A stretch of 64,000 bases of DNA from Candidatus Helarchaeota archaeon. Its GTDB lineage: Archaea > Asgardarchaeota > Lokiarchaeia > Helarchaeales > RDOG01. The stretch spans positions 789,169 to 853,168 of the forward strand of contig JAHPZH010000001.1 of assembly GCA_019058315.1 (NCBI GenBank), read 5' to 3'. The notes under the pieces were generated by a model. It did not search any database and was not told the DNA's origin. It saw nothing but the letters and a program-made list of their open reading frames with translations. Positions 50,789-60,116 of the stretch are shown here, piece by piece. Each line of letters starts with the position of its first letter. The first letter of the stretch is position 1. Made by a program: the position numbers and the translations under genes.

Positions 50789-52756
50789 CTACTCCCTGAA
50801 ATACTTTCTTTTTACGATAACTTCTCCTATATTGTCTCGAATATTCTTTTGATATCGCTGTTCAATTTCATTAATTCGTTTACGGGAATAAAATTCAGAA
50901 CCACCATATTCACCAACATTAACAAACAATATTTTTAATTCAGGATAGTGCTTTTTATTAAAAATTCGAACAACTTTATAATTAAATGGCAAGACTTTGC
51001 TTGTTAGAGATGGAACAACTATGAAATCAACTTTATTTTCTTCAGCCCATTTTGAAATTACTTCATATAAACGAAGAAAATCTTTACAAATAAAAATCGC
51101 AATCCTACCAAATGTAGTTTGAAAAATATTGATTTTAGGTTTTCTCTCACATTTTATACTCTCAATGATGTTGGGGTATATCAAAACAGGTGTTTGTTTT
51201 TTCTGAATATTATGTGCGAAATTATCAATTATAATTGCCTGATTTAAATACTCATCAAATTTATGTGATTTGTGCATTTTTGATAAGTCATCCCAAGAAA
51301 AACGATATCGGGGACTTTTTATGTGTTCCATCCCTCCTATGAATAAAATATTAAAATCAGTATTTATCTCTTTAAATTGCTTAATAGTATTAATCAGGCC
51401 TTTAAGGTAATTGTTTGGGATTGAATTTTCTGGAAAAATTATGAGTTTATTTTTCCCAGGATCCCTTAAAATTAGTTCCATTATTTCATTAGTTTTCTTA
51501 AATATACCCAAGTCGGTTACATCATACTGAAGAACATTTGATTCTATTGCATCAGGTCTCCAAACTTGTTTCACGAAATAAAAAAAATGATCTTTTATAG
51601 ATTCATCTGGTTTAAAGTTATATTTCATAGAAAGCGAGTGAATTTGTACCATGTAAATTTGGACTTCTCTAATATTTTTATTAAATTTATTTAATGGAAT
51701 TTCATTAGGTTCATAAGCTAAAAACCACGCATTCTGTTTATCCCTTAAAATATCATTTTCTCTCCAAGTTCCCAAATCAAGGATTTCCTCTTCTGATACA
51801 CTCTCAATATATTCTTTATATTCTTTTATTCTTTTTGCATTTAATTCAACTTTACTAATAGGTTGTTGTTCTCTCTTCTTGCAATAATCAAGGACTTTTG
51901 GAATTGAAGTTTTTAATAAGTGAATCTCTTCAAAAGACAAAGGATTGTATTCAAGGCGTAATACCCTAAGCCTAGTAAGATTTGTTAATCCTTTAATTTC
52001 AGTTATTCTATTATTACTAAGATTTAGATGTTCAAGCTGAGTTAAAGCCTCCAAATTCCTAATTTCGGTGATTTGATTGCTTGCAAGATTTAAAAATTTA
52101 AGTTTATTTAATTTATCTAGCTTTTTGATTTCTGATATTTTGTTCCCACTGAGAAAAAGAGCCCTAAGATCTTTTAAACTGTCTAACTTTTCAATATTTG
52201 AAATTAAATTAGAAGAGAGATCTAAAGTTTGAAGATTTATAAGAGAATCCAGATTTTTGATTTCTTTTATTTTATTAAACATTAAATTCAAAGTTTTTAG
52301 TGAAGTTAAGGCGTCTAAGTTTTCTAATTCTGGAATCTTATTTTTTATACATTCTAGAAAAGATAATTTAGTGAGATGATCAATATTTTCAATTTTTGAA
52401 ATTTGATTATTACCTAAAAACAAAGATTTCAGATTAGTTGAAGTCTCAAGTTCTTCAATTTTTGTTATTTGGTTATTATTAAATATTAGCGTTTTAAGTT
52501 GTGTTAGATTTTCCAAATTTTCAATTTTTTTTATTTGATTACCTGCAAGTCTTAAATCTAGGAGATTAGTTAAGGTTTCTAAATTCTTAATCTCGGAAAT
52601 TTTATTGTATGAAAGATCTAATACTTGAAGGTGAGTCTGCTGTTCTAATTTCTTAATCTCTGAAATATCTCTTATTCCAACCGCATTTAATTGAAGATAT
52701 TTAATTCCATTAACATCCTCAATTTTATAAGATTTTCCCCTAAATTCCACGGACAT
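50789..52756 (-). CDS. Leucine-rich repeat protein fused to a nitrilase/carbon-nitrogen hydrolase domain
   Basis: About 11 SDS22-like 22-aa LRRs, then IIFPENS (Glu), QKKQTP (Lys) and IFICKDF (Cys). Confidence 0.8.
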   Translation of the reverse strand: MSVEFRGKSYKIEDVNGIKYLQLNAVGIRDISEIKKLEQQTHLQVLDLSYNKISEIKNLETLTNLLDLRLAGNQIKKIENLENLTQLKTLIFNNNQITKIEELETSTNLKSLFLGNNQISKIENIDHLTKLSFLECIKNKIPELENLDALTSLKTLNLMFNKIKEIKNLDSLINLQTLDLSSNLISNIEKLDSLKDLRALFLSGNKISEIKKLDKLNKLKFLNLASNQITEIRNLEALTQLEHLNLSNNRITEIKGLTNLTRLRVLRLEYNPLSFEEIHLLKTSIPKVLDYCKKREQQPISKVELNAKRIKEYKEYIESVSEEEILDLGTWRENDILRDKQNAWFLAYEPNEIPLNKFNKNIREVQIYMVQIHSLSMKYNFKPDESIKDHFFYFVKQVWRPDAIESNVLQYDVTDLGIFKKTNEIMELILRDPGKNKLIIFPENSIPNNYLKGLINTIKQFKEINTDFNILFIGGMEHIKSPRYRFSWDDLSKMHKSHKFDEYLNQAIIIDNFAHNIQKKQTPVLIYPNIIESIKCERKPKINIFQTTFGRIAIFICKDFLRLYEVISKWAEENKVDFIVVPSLTSKVLPFNYKVVRIFNKKHYPELKILFVNVGEYGGSEFYSRKRINEIEQRYQKNIRDNIGEVIVKRKYFRE

Positions 52757-53008
52757 TTCAAACTCATCCGCATTTTAAATTTTAATTTATTAAAATTAAT
52801 TTATTATTTATTACAACCTTTTAACAAAATAAAGTATTTTCCTATGGTCTTTTATTATGAATTACGAAATATATCATTAATAATTATATAATTTAATTTT
52901 TTTACTTCTATTAAACCTAGAATTAAATTTAAATAATTTAATATGAGTTAACACTGTTATTTATTTTCTATTTTGGAACTATTGGAAAAAATTTTATTTA
53001 AAAATAAA

Positions 53009-53069
53009 AGTGACTAAAAAAAGTCCTAGTGACTAAAATAAGTTCCGAAAAGTGACTACAAAAGGTATC
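53009..53069 (+). repeat. Three direct repeats of AGTGACTA(A/C)AA just upstream of the nuclease gene
   Basis: Copies at 53009, 53028 and 53051. Confidence 0.6.
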
Positions 53070-53078
53070 TTTAACAAA

Positions 53079-53654
53079 ATGAAAGAAATTGAGCTAATAG
53101 ATGGGTTTTGCGAATTTCTAGAAGCGCAAAACCTAAGTTATAAGAGAGAATTATGGAGAGGAAGTCGTTTTAATGAGGGGTATGTGGATATCGTAATTTT
53201 TGATGGTGAATATATAGGCATAGAAGCAAAATTAAATAATTTCAATTCTGTATTAGCCCAAGCTTGGGTAAATACTCTGTATTTTCCCTTATCTTATATA
53301 TTATATTCCAAATCTCCAACCAGATATAATAAATTCGAATTGAAAAAGACAACGATAGGGCTAATCATTCCTCAAGGTAAAGGTTTTAAAATATTAAGAA
53401 AACCAAGAATGAATAAGACTTGTTTTTATGATATAATTAAAAGAAATTGGGAGGAAAATAGAGTTGGGAGGAAAATACATAATTCTGAAATTCCAGAAAA
53501 TTATAATATTGAGAAAGTTAAAGAATTAGAATGTACATATGATTGGTTAAAATCTAAATTTGAACTTGATTTAAAGAATAAAATTCAAAAACGAATAATT
53601 GATTTTCTGGATGATCTACGAATTGAAAAAAGAGAACACGAAATTCTTCCCTAA
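53079..53654 (+). CDS. Small PD-(D/E)XK nuclease-fold protein
   Basis: E...YVDIV....IGIEAK.....LAQA pattern; start placed at ATG 53079. Confidence 0.65.
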   Translation: MKEIELIDGFCEFLEAQNLSYKRELWRGSRFNEGYVDIVIFDGEYIGIEAKLNNFNSVLAQAWVNTLYFPLSYILYSKSPTRYNKFELKKTTIGLIIPQGKGFKILRKPRMNKTCFYDIIKRNWEENRVGRKIHNSEIPENYNIEKVKELECTYDWLKSKFELDLKNKIQKRIIDFLDDLRIEKREHEILP

Positions 53655-55896
53655 AAAAGATATTAATGACAATATTGACAAATTCATAGCGTGGATAGGA
53701 TTTTTTATATCAGATTTTCTTCTCGAATACTCCCTTAATCTATTTGAAATGTTTAAAGAGAACTACCAAAACGATCCTGAAAAATATGTTGCCTTTGAAA
53801 TATTTGATTCATGGAAAGATCAAACCAATCGTAGGAATGAATTAGAAGATAAAAATAAAGCTCAATTTTGTATAGAATCAATATTGATGTTTCTAATTAA
53901 AATTTTATTTTTAAGAATTTGCGAAGATAAAGGAATTTACCCCCATTCCTTAAAGAAAATTGTATTATACGGTAGAACCGCATTATTAAATAATGAAATC
54001 AAAGATGATGACGTTTTAAACTCAATTTTTAAAAGAATTATCGAATTATCACCCAATTATTTTAATTACGGAGTATTACACTGGCATTTAACTCAAGACA
54101 AAATTTTTAATGAATATCTAAATAGAATTATCGATTTTTTCTATCGATTTGATTTTAAGAACTTAGACTGGGATATTTTAGGTAATATTTATGAAAAATG
54201 TATATTTAAAGAAAGGAGGAAATCCTTAGGTCAATTTTATACTCCAATTGAAATTATTGATTATATACTTGAAAAAACAGGTTATAGAGCAAGTTCAGAA
54301 ATTGAAAATCTGAAAGTTATAGACCCTTGTTGTGGTTCCGGTTCATTTTTGATTCGAGCGATTAAAAAATTAATAGAGAGATATAAAATAAAATATCAAA
54401 CGGATATTTTTTCTCCAAAGCAAGCAGAAAATGTTCTCAAGAGTATAACAAATAACATTTATGGATTTGAAATAAACAATTTTGCATGTTTTCTAGCAAA
54501 AATGAATATAATCTTTCAAATCATTGAGCTTTATTATCTTGTACTTAAAAATAACAATTCATATAAGCAAGATCCTTTTCACATCCTTAATATTGATGTG
54601 TTAAATCTTAAATTTACGGAAATTGAGCCTTTAATTGGAAGTATAAAACCTGATATTGTTGTAGGAAATCCTCCATATGTTTTCATTAGAGATTTGCCAG
54701 AATCTGAAAGAAAAAGAATTCAAGCTCTCGAACTAGAAACAAACAAAGGACAGTGGGATTTATATCAATTATTTATTGAAATCGGAATAAAACTGTTAAA
54801 TGAAGGAGGATATTTTGGATATATCGTCCCAGATAGCATCCTAGCTAATAGTGAAAGGGGAGTTGTTCGAGAATTCATCAATAATAATTGTAATATTGAA
54901 ATTGTGCATCATGTTGGAAAGAAATTCAAAATGCCCGTTGTATCAAATGTTATTCTAATACTTCAAAAAGCAAGTGAACCCAACTATGATACAGAAACAA
55001 ACCTGATTTTTAGCTCAGATGAGAGAGAAATAGTCAATACAATACAACAAAGAGAAATTAAGGAAAATTGGGATTATAAATTCTATTTACATTTATCCAA
55101 GGAAGATGATAAATTAATTAAAAAATTGAAAGAGTTTCCAACTATTGAAGAAATTGATAAAAATAATCCCAAAATTAATATTAAAATCAGTAGAGGTGTG
55201 GAATTAACCAAGAAAGGCAAGATCTTTTACTGTTCTAATTGTAAAATTTATTATCCCTTACCTGAAAAACAAAATAAATGTAGGATTTGTGGAAATGATT
55301 TTGTTGTTAATTCGATTGAAACTATTGTAAATGAAAAAAAAATAGATGAAAATTATAAATTATTTGTTTCAGACCTTAATAGATATAAAATTCAGAAATA
55401 TCAATATATTGCTATAAATAAGGAAGGGATTAATTATAAAAATCCAGAAATTTATCTCCCAAATCGGATAATAGTTAGACAATTAAGTGAAAGTGGGCTA
55501 ATCTGCGCAACTATAGAACCAGAAGGAGCTTACACTAGTCAAAGCATTTACAATATTAATACAAATTTAAATCCTTATTATTTGTTAGGTATAATTAATT
55601 CAAAATTAATGAGTTACTATTTTTCTAAGATTTTTGGCAGTTATAAATCTCTTTTCCCAAGAATTTTAATTGAATATATCAAAAAATTACCTTTAGCGAT
55701 TGCTGATAAAAATATCGAATCCCAGATTGAAAATTTAATAAAAAAAATACTTAATCTTAATATTAAAGAAGTGAACGAAGGTAAAAAATTCTGTTTAATG
55801 GATTTTCAACCCCAAATTGATAGTTTGGTTTTTAATCTGTATGGTTTAAATTTATCTGAAAAGTTGCTTGTCCGAAATTTTTTTGATGCAATTTGA
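53611..55896 (+). CDS. N6-adenine DNA methyltransferase with TaqI-like target-recognition domain
   Basis: LGQFYTP, DPCCGSG, VGNPPY, YLLGIINSKL motifs; CxxC..CxxC insert. Confidence 0.9.
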   Translation: MIYELKKENTKFFPKKDINDNIDKFIAWIGFFISDFLLEYSLNLFEMFKENYQNDPEKYVAFEIFDSWKDQTNRRNELEDKNKAQFCIESILMFLIKILFLRICEDKGIYPHSLKKIVLYGRTALLNNEIKDDDVLNSIFKRIIELSPNYFNYGVLHWHLTQDKIFNEYLNRIIDFFYRFDFKNLDWDILGNIYEKCIFKERRKSLGQFYTPIEIIDYILEKTGYRASSEIENLKVIDPCCGSGSFLIRAIKKLIERYKIKYQTDIFSPKQAENVLKSITNNIYGFEINNFACFLAKMNIIFQIIELYYLVLKNNNSYKQDPFHILNIDVLNLKFTEIEPLIGSIKPDIVVGNPPYVFIRDLPESERKRIQALELETNKGQWDLYQLFIEIGIKLLNEGGYFGYIVPDSILANSERGVVREFINNNCNIEIVHHVGKKFKMPVVSNVILILQKASEPNYDTETNLIFSSDEREIVNTIQQREIKENWDYKFYLHLSKEDDKLIKKLKEFPTIEEIDKNNPKINIKISRGVELTKKGKIFYCSNCKIYYPLPEKQNKCRICGNDFVVNSIETIVNEKKIDENYKLFVSDLNRYKIQKYQYIAINKEGINYKNPEIYLPNRIIVRQLSESGLICATIEPEGAYTSQSIYNINTNLNPYYLLGIINSKLMSYYFSKIFGSYKSLFPRILIEYIKKLPLAIADKNIESQIENLIKKILNLNIKEVNEGKKFCLMDFQPQIDSLVFNLYGLNLSEKLLVRNFFDAI

Positions 55897-55944
55897 AATA
55901 TCTTAAACGGTTGGATTTATTAAAACAATTTCAATTTTTTTATT

Positions 55945-57345
55945 ATGAATGTCGAATCTCATAGTGGTAGTATTTGGTTCAAGGAAATATTTAATGCAAA
56001 AAATATTGCAATAATCGGTGCATCAGAAGATACAACAAAATTAGGTTATAGAGTTACGCAGATTTTTCTTAAATCTGATTGTAATATTCTTCCTGTTCAT
56101 CCCCAAGCTAAAGAAATTTTAGGTCTAAAGGTATATACTTCAGTTAGAGAAATACCTACAAATGTTGACCTCGCGGTTATTTTGGTTCCTCCAAAAATAG
56201 TACCCCAAATAATTCAAGAATGTGGGGTTAAGGGGATTAAATATGTTGTCATAACAACTGAAGGCTTTGGAGAAAGTGGAGAAGAAGGAATTAAATTAAA
56301 AAATGAGATAAAAAAATTATTTAAAACCTATAATATTCATGCTATTGGGCCAAATACTATGGGAGTCGTCGATGTTCATAAAAGATTCAGCACATCATTT
56401 GTTGATCATAGCATGTTACGACCTGGAAATGTCTCAATATCAGCACAAACTGGTATATTAACAGGAGCTCTTCTGCATTACATAAATCTCACTAAAAATA
56501 TCAAGATTTGTAAATCAATTGATTTGGGGAATAAAATTGAACTCGATCATGCAGATGTTCTTGAATATTTAGCTGAAGATGAGAAAACAGAAGTTATTAT
56601 GATGTATATTGAGGGAATTTCTGACGGGAAGAAATTCTTAAATTCTTTAAAAAAGACAATTAAAAAAAAGCCGGTAATTATATTAAAAGGAGGAGCAACT
56701 GAAGCAACCCAAAGAATTGTGAAATCACACACTGGGAGTATTGCTGGATCTATTGAAGTATTTGATAATATTGTAAAACAAGCTGGCGCAATTCGAGCTC
56801 ATACTTACGAAGAAATGATTGAATTAGCTAAAGGGTTTTCTTATATGTCTCTTCCTAAGGGTAATAGATTTGCAATTATCACAGGAAGTGGGGGTGCCTC
56901 TGTAACTACAGCCGATACTGGAGTCCGGTATGGGCTGGAACTAGCTACCTTTTCCAAATCTACAACAGAAAAATTAATGGAAGTAGTTCAAAATTCAGAA
57001 AAAATTCGAAATCCAGTCGATATATGGCCAGCAGGTCTGAATCAAGGATTATGTGAAATCTATACCAAAACAATTTCAATTCTTGATCAAGATGAAAATG
57101 TAGATGCCATTATACCCCTAGTTTTTCGGGTGAAGGATTTCCTATGGGATCCTAAGGACGTTGTAAAAGTATGTATGGAATGTAAAAAACCAGTATTTGT
57201 TGCGGTACAAGGCCATGATGTCCAAGGGGCTCGCAATGAATTTGAAAAAAATAATATCCCTACTTTTAGTTTTGGTGAAAAAGCAGCTTTTGTTTTAAGT
57301 CAGATGTGGAACTATAAAAAAACACTTGAAATTTTAAAAAATTAA
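55945..57345 (+). CDS. ADP-forming acyl-CoA synthetase alpha subunit
   Basis: IAIIGAS, GPNTMG, SAQTG, SHTGSIAG phospho-His loop, GSGG and NPVD motifs. Confidence 0.9.
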   Translation: MNVESHSGSIWFKEIFNAKNIAIIGASEDTTKLGYRVTQIFLKSDCNILPVHPQAKEILGLKVYTSVREIPTNVDLAVILVPPKIVPQIIQECGVKGIKYVVITTEGFGESGEEGIKLKNEIKKLFKTYNIHAIGPNTMGVVDVHKRFSTSFVDHSMLRPGNVSISAQTGILTGALLHYINLTKNIKICKSIDLGNKIELDHADVLEYLAEDEKTEVIMMYIEGISDGKKFLNSLKKTIKKKPVIILKGGATEATQRIVKSHTGSIAGSIEVFDNIVKQAGAIRAHTYEEMIELAKGFSYMSLPKGNRFAIITGSGGASVTTADTGVRYGLELATFSKSTTEKLMEVVQNSEKIRNPVDIWPAGLNQGLCEIYTKTISILDQDENVDAIIPLVFRVKDFLWDPKDVVKVCMECKKPVFVAVQGHDVQGARNEFEKNNIPTFSFGEKAAFVLSQMWNYKKTLEILKN

Positions 57346-57360
57346 TAATATATGATTAGT

Positions 57361-58659
57361 TTACTCCAATTGAATATAATCTGATTGAAGGCGAAGAATT
57401 TCATCTAACATCTTCTCAGCTTGAGTAGCGCTGTCCACAACAGGGTCTACAAGGAGTGCTTGTAATGCTATATCTTTAGATTTAGTTAGAACTGCTTCAA
57501 CCACGAGATCTTGCACTGATGCTTGATTTCGAAGTAGTCCCGCAAGCCCTTTAGGATAGTCTCCGAGTTTAACTGGATGAATACCGTCTTTATTTATAAT
57601 TCCAGGGCATTCAACCACAAGATCCCTCGGCAGATTTGTAATAATATCCTCATTAGGCAGATTTACCGTGAGTTCTTCATGATTTGAATTTGTTAGAATC
57701 CCCTCAATGATTGGAATTGCCCGTTCTGGATCTGGTCTTACAAGTCTTGCTCCTTTTCCCCTTTTTATTAGACTTCTCATTGTATCACCTGTGCTCAAAG
57801 TTGTTGCTTTATATAATCTATAAAATTCTTGACCTTTTTCAAAATCTGCCACTTCCCACCCCCATTGTATATATTCTCCAATATGAGAATCTGGTGTATA
57901 AAAGAGATACCCAAATTTTTCAAGCATATATTTAACGAGATCAACGTCAAAAGCTGTTATTTTTCGAAAATATTCAGGTCCCTTCTTACGTATTTCGGGA
58001 TAGGCATCTTTTCCAGAATCGCGATATTTTACTTCTAACACTGCGGCGAAATGATTTAATCCCCCTGCTTTAATTTTGAGTTTAGAAAATGGAACCCCAA
58101 GGAGTTGAGGAAGGTAAATTTGAGCTGCTGCAATTGCATGACAAAGCCCAACAAATTTAAGCGAAGGAAACTTTCGTTTAATTGCAAGACAAACTCGACT
58201 CATAGGATTAGAAAAATTGATAAATAATGCGTTTGGACAGATTTTTTGAACATCTGAACAAATTTCGAGAATTGGAGGAATAACTCTTAAAGAATGGAAA
58301 AAACCACCAGGCCCTCCATTTTCACCATAAACTTGTTTATTGCCAAATTTTCGTGGAATGTTAAAATCCATTTCCCAAAGTTCGAAACGTGGAGTTACTT
58401 CTATAGAATTGATGATAAAGGTCGCGTTTTTCAAGGCATCTGATCGACTAGTCGTAGTTTCTAATGTAAAGTCTAATTTTTTCTTATCAATTGCGGATTG
58501 ACAAGATTGATAAACCATATCTAATGATTTCTGATCTATATCATGAAGGGTAATAGTGGAACCTCTCAAAACTTCGCTAGCCAGGATATTTCCTACGGTT
58601 CCTAATCCAAATTGTAAGGATCCCGCTCCAGTTAAAACAATTTTTTCTTTACTCGACAT
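57361..58659 (-). CDS. Glycoside hydrolase family 4 (alpha-glucosidase/galactosidase), copy 3
   Basis: GAGS, ENGGPGG, NFSNPM, GLCH, GLNH and VVECP motifs. Confidence 0.92.
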   Translation of the reverse strand: MSSKEKIVLTGAGSLQFGLGTVGNILASEVLRGSTITLHDIDQKSLDMVYQSCQSAIDKKKLDFTLETTTSRSDALKNATFIINSIEVTPRFELWEMDFNIPRKFGNKQVYGENGGPGGFFHSLRVIPPILEICSDVQKICPNALFINFSNPMSRVCLAIKRKFPSLKFVGLCHAIAAAQIYLPQLLGVPFSKLKIKAGGLNHFAAVLEVKYRDSGKDAYPEIRKKGPEYFRKITAFDVDLVKYMLEKFGYLFYTPDSHIGEYIQWGWEVADFEKGQEFYRLYKATTLSTGDTMRSLIKRGKGARLVRPDPERAIPIIEGILTNSNHEELTVNLPNEDIITNLPRDLVVECPGIINKDGIHPVKLGDYPKGLAGLLRNQASVQDLVVEAVLTKSKDIALQALLVDPVVDSATQAEKMLDEILRLQSDYIQLE

Positions 58660-58697
58660 AGATTAAAAATAATATAAACTCATTATAAATTTTTTTT
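58660..58697 (-). promoter_or_regulatory. Putative TATA-box promoter for a leaderless GH4 transcript
   Basis: A-tract then TTTATAAT about 25-30 nt upstream of the ATG; similar elements precede the other two copies. Confidence 0.35.
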
Positions 58698-58739
58698 ATT
58701 CTATATCTTTCAAATTCTTGATTTTTGTGAGTTTATTCC

Positions 58740-60038
58740 TTACTCCAAATAAATGTAATCTGATTCAAGACGAAGAATTTCATCTAACATCTTCTCAGCT
58801 TGAGTGGCGCTGTTAACAAGTGGGTCTACAAGGAGTGCTTGCAGAGCTATTTCTTTAGATTTAGTGAGGACTGTTTCAACCGCAAGATCTTGCACTGAAG
58901 CTTGATTCCGAAGTAGTCCCGCAAGTCCTTTGGGATATTCTCCGAGTTTAATGGCATGAATACCATCATTATTTATGATCGCGGGGCATTCAACTACAAG
59001 ATCGCTAGGTAAATTTGTAATAATATCATCATTAGGTAGATTAACAGAAAGCTCTTCATGATTTGAATTGGTCAGAATCCCCTCAATAATTGGAATCGCC
59101 CGTTCTTGATCTGGTCTTACAAGTCGTGAACCTTTTCCTCTTTTTATTAACTTTCTCATTGTTTCACCTGTGCTCAATGTTGTTGCTTTATATAGGTTGT
59201 AAGCGTTTTGAAATTTTTTAAAATCTATTATTTCCCACGCCCATTGTATAAATTCTCCAATATGTGAATCTTCTGTATAAAAGAGATAACCGAATTTTTC
59301 AAGCATATATATAACGAGGTCAACGTCAAAAGCTGTCATTTTTTGAAAATATCCAGGTCCCTTTTTTCGTATTTCAGGATAGGCATCTTTTCCAGTATCA
59401 CGATATTTCACCTTTAATAATGCAGCAAAATGATTTAATCCTCCTGCTTTAATTTCGATATTAGCAAATGGAACCCCGAGGAGTTGGGGAAGGTGAATTT
59501 CAGCAGCCAAAATTCCATGACAGAGCCCTACAAAATTAAGAGAAGGAAATTTCCGTTTAATTGCCAGACAAACTCGACTCATTGGATTAGAAAAATTGAT
59601 AAATAATGCATTTGGACAGATTTTTTTGACATCTGAACAAATTTCGAGAATTGGAGGAATAACTCTTAATGAATGGAATAACCCCCCAGGACCACCATTT
59701 TCACCATTTATTTGTTTAACACCAAATTTCCTTGAAATATTAAAATCCATTTCCCATAGTTCGAATCGGGGGGTTACTTCTATAGAATTGATGATAAAAG
59801 TAGCGTTTTTTAGGGCATCTGATCTACTAGTTGTAGATTCTAATGTGAAATCTAATTTCTTCTTATCAATTGCGGATTGACATGCTTGATGAACCATATC
59901 TAATGATTCTTGATTTATATCGTGAAGAGCAATGGTGGAGCCTTTCAAAACTTCGCTAGCTAGGATACTTCCCACAGTTCCTAATCCAAATTGTAAGGAT
60001 CCCGCTCCAGTTAAAACAATTTTTTCTTTACTCGACAT
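58740..60038 (-). CDS. Glycoside hydrolase family 4, copy 2
   Basis: Same GH4 motifs; 432 aa. Confidence 0.92.
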   Translation of the reverse strand: MSSKEKIVLTGAGSLQFGLGTVGSILASEVLKGSTIALHDINQESLDMVHQACQSAIDKKKLDFTLESTTSRSDALKNATFIINSIEVTPRFELWEMDFNISRKFGVKQINGENGGPGGLFHSLRVIPPILEICSDVKKICPNALFINFSNPMSRVCLAIKRKFPSLNFVGLCHGILAAEIHLPQLLGVPFANIEIKAGGLNHFAALLKVKYRDTGKDAYPEIRKKGPGYFQKMTAFDVDLVIYMLEKFGYLFYTEDSHIGEFIQWAWEIIDFKKFQNAYNLYKATTLSTGETMRKLIKRGKGSRLVRPDQERAIPIIEGILTNSNHEELSVNLPNDDIITNLPSDLVVECPAIINNDGIHAIKLGEYPKGLAGLLRNQASVQDLAVETVLTKSKEIALQALLVDPLVNSATQAEKMLDEILRLESDYIYLE

Positions 60039-60116
60039 AGATTAAAAATAATATAAGATTATTTTAAATTTTTTTAGAGCTTTTTAAGTCTAAAAACTCA
60101 TTTTAGAATTTTTACA

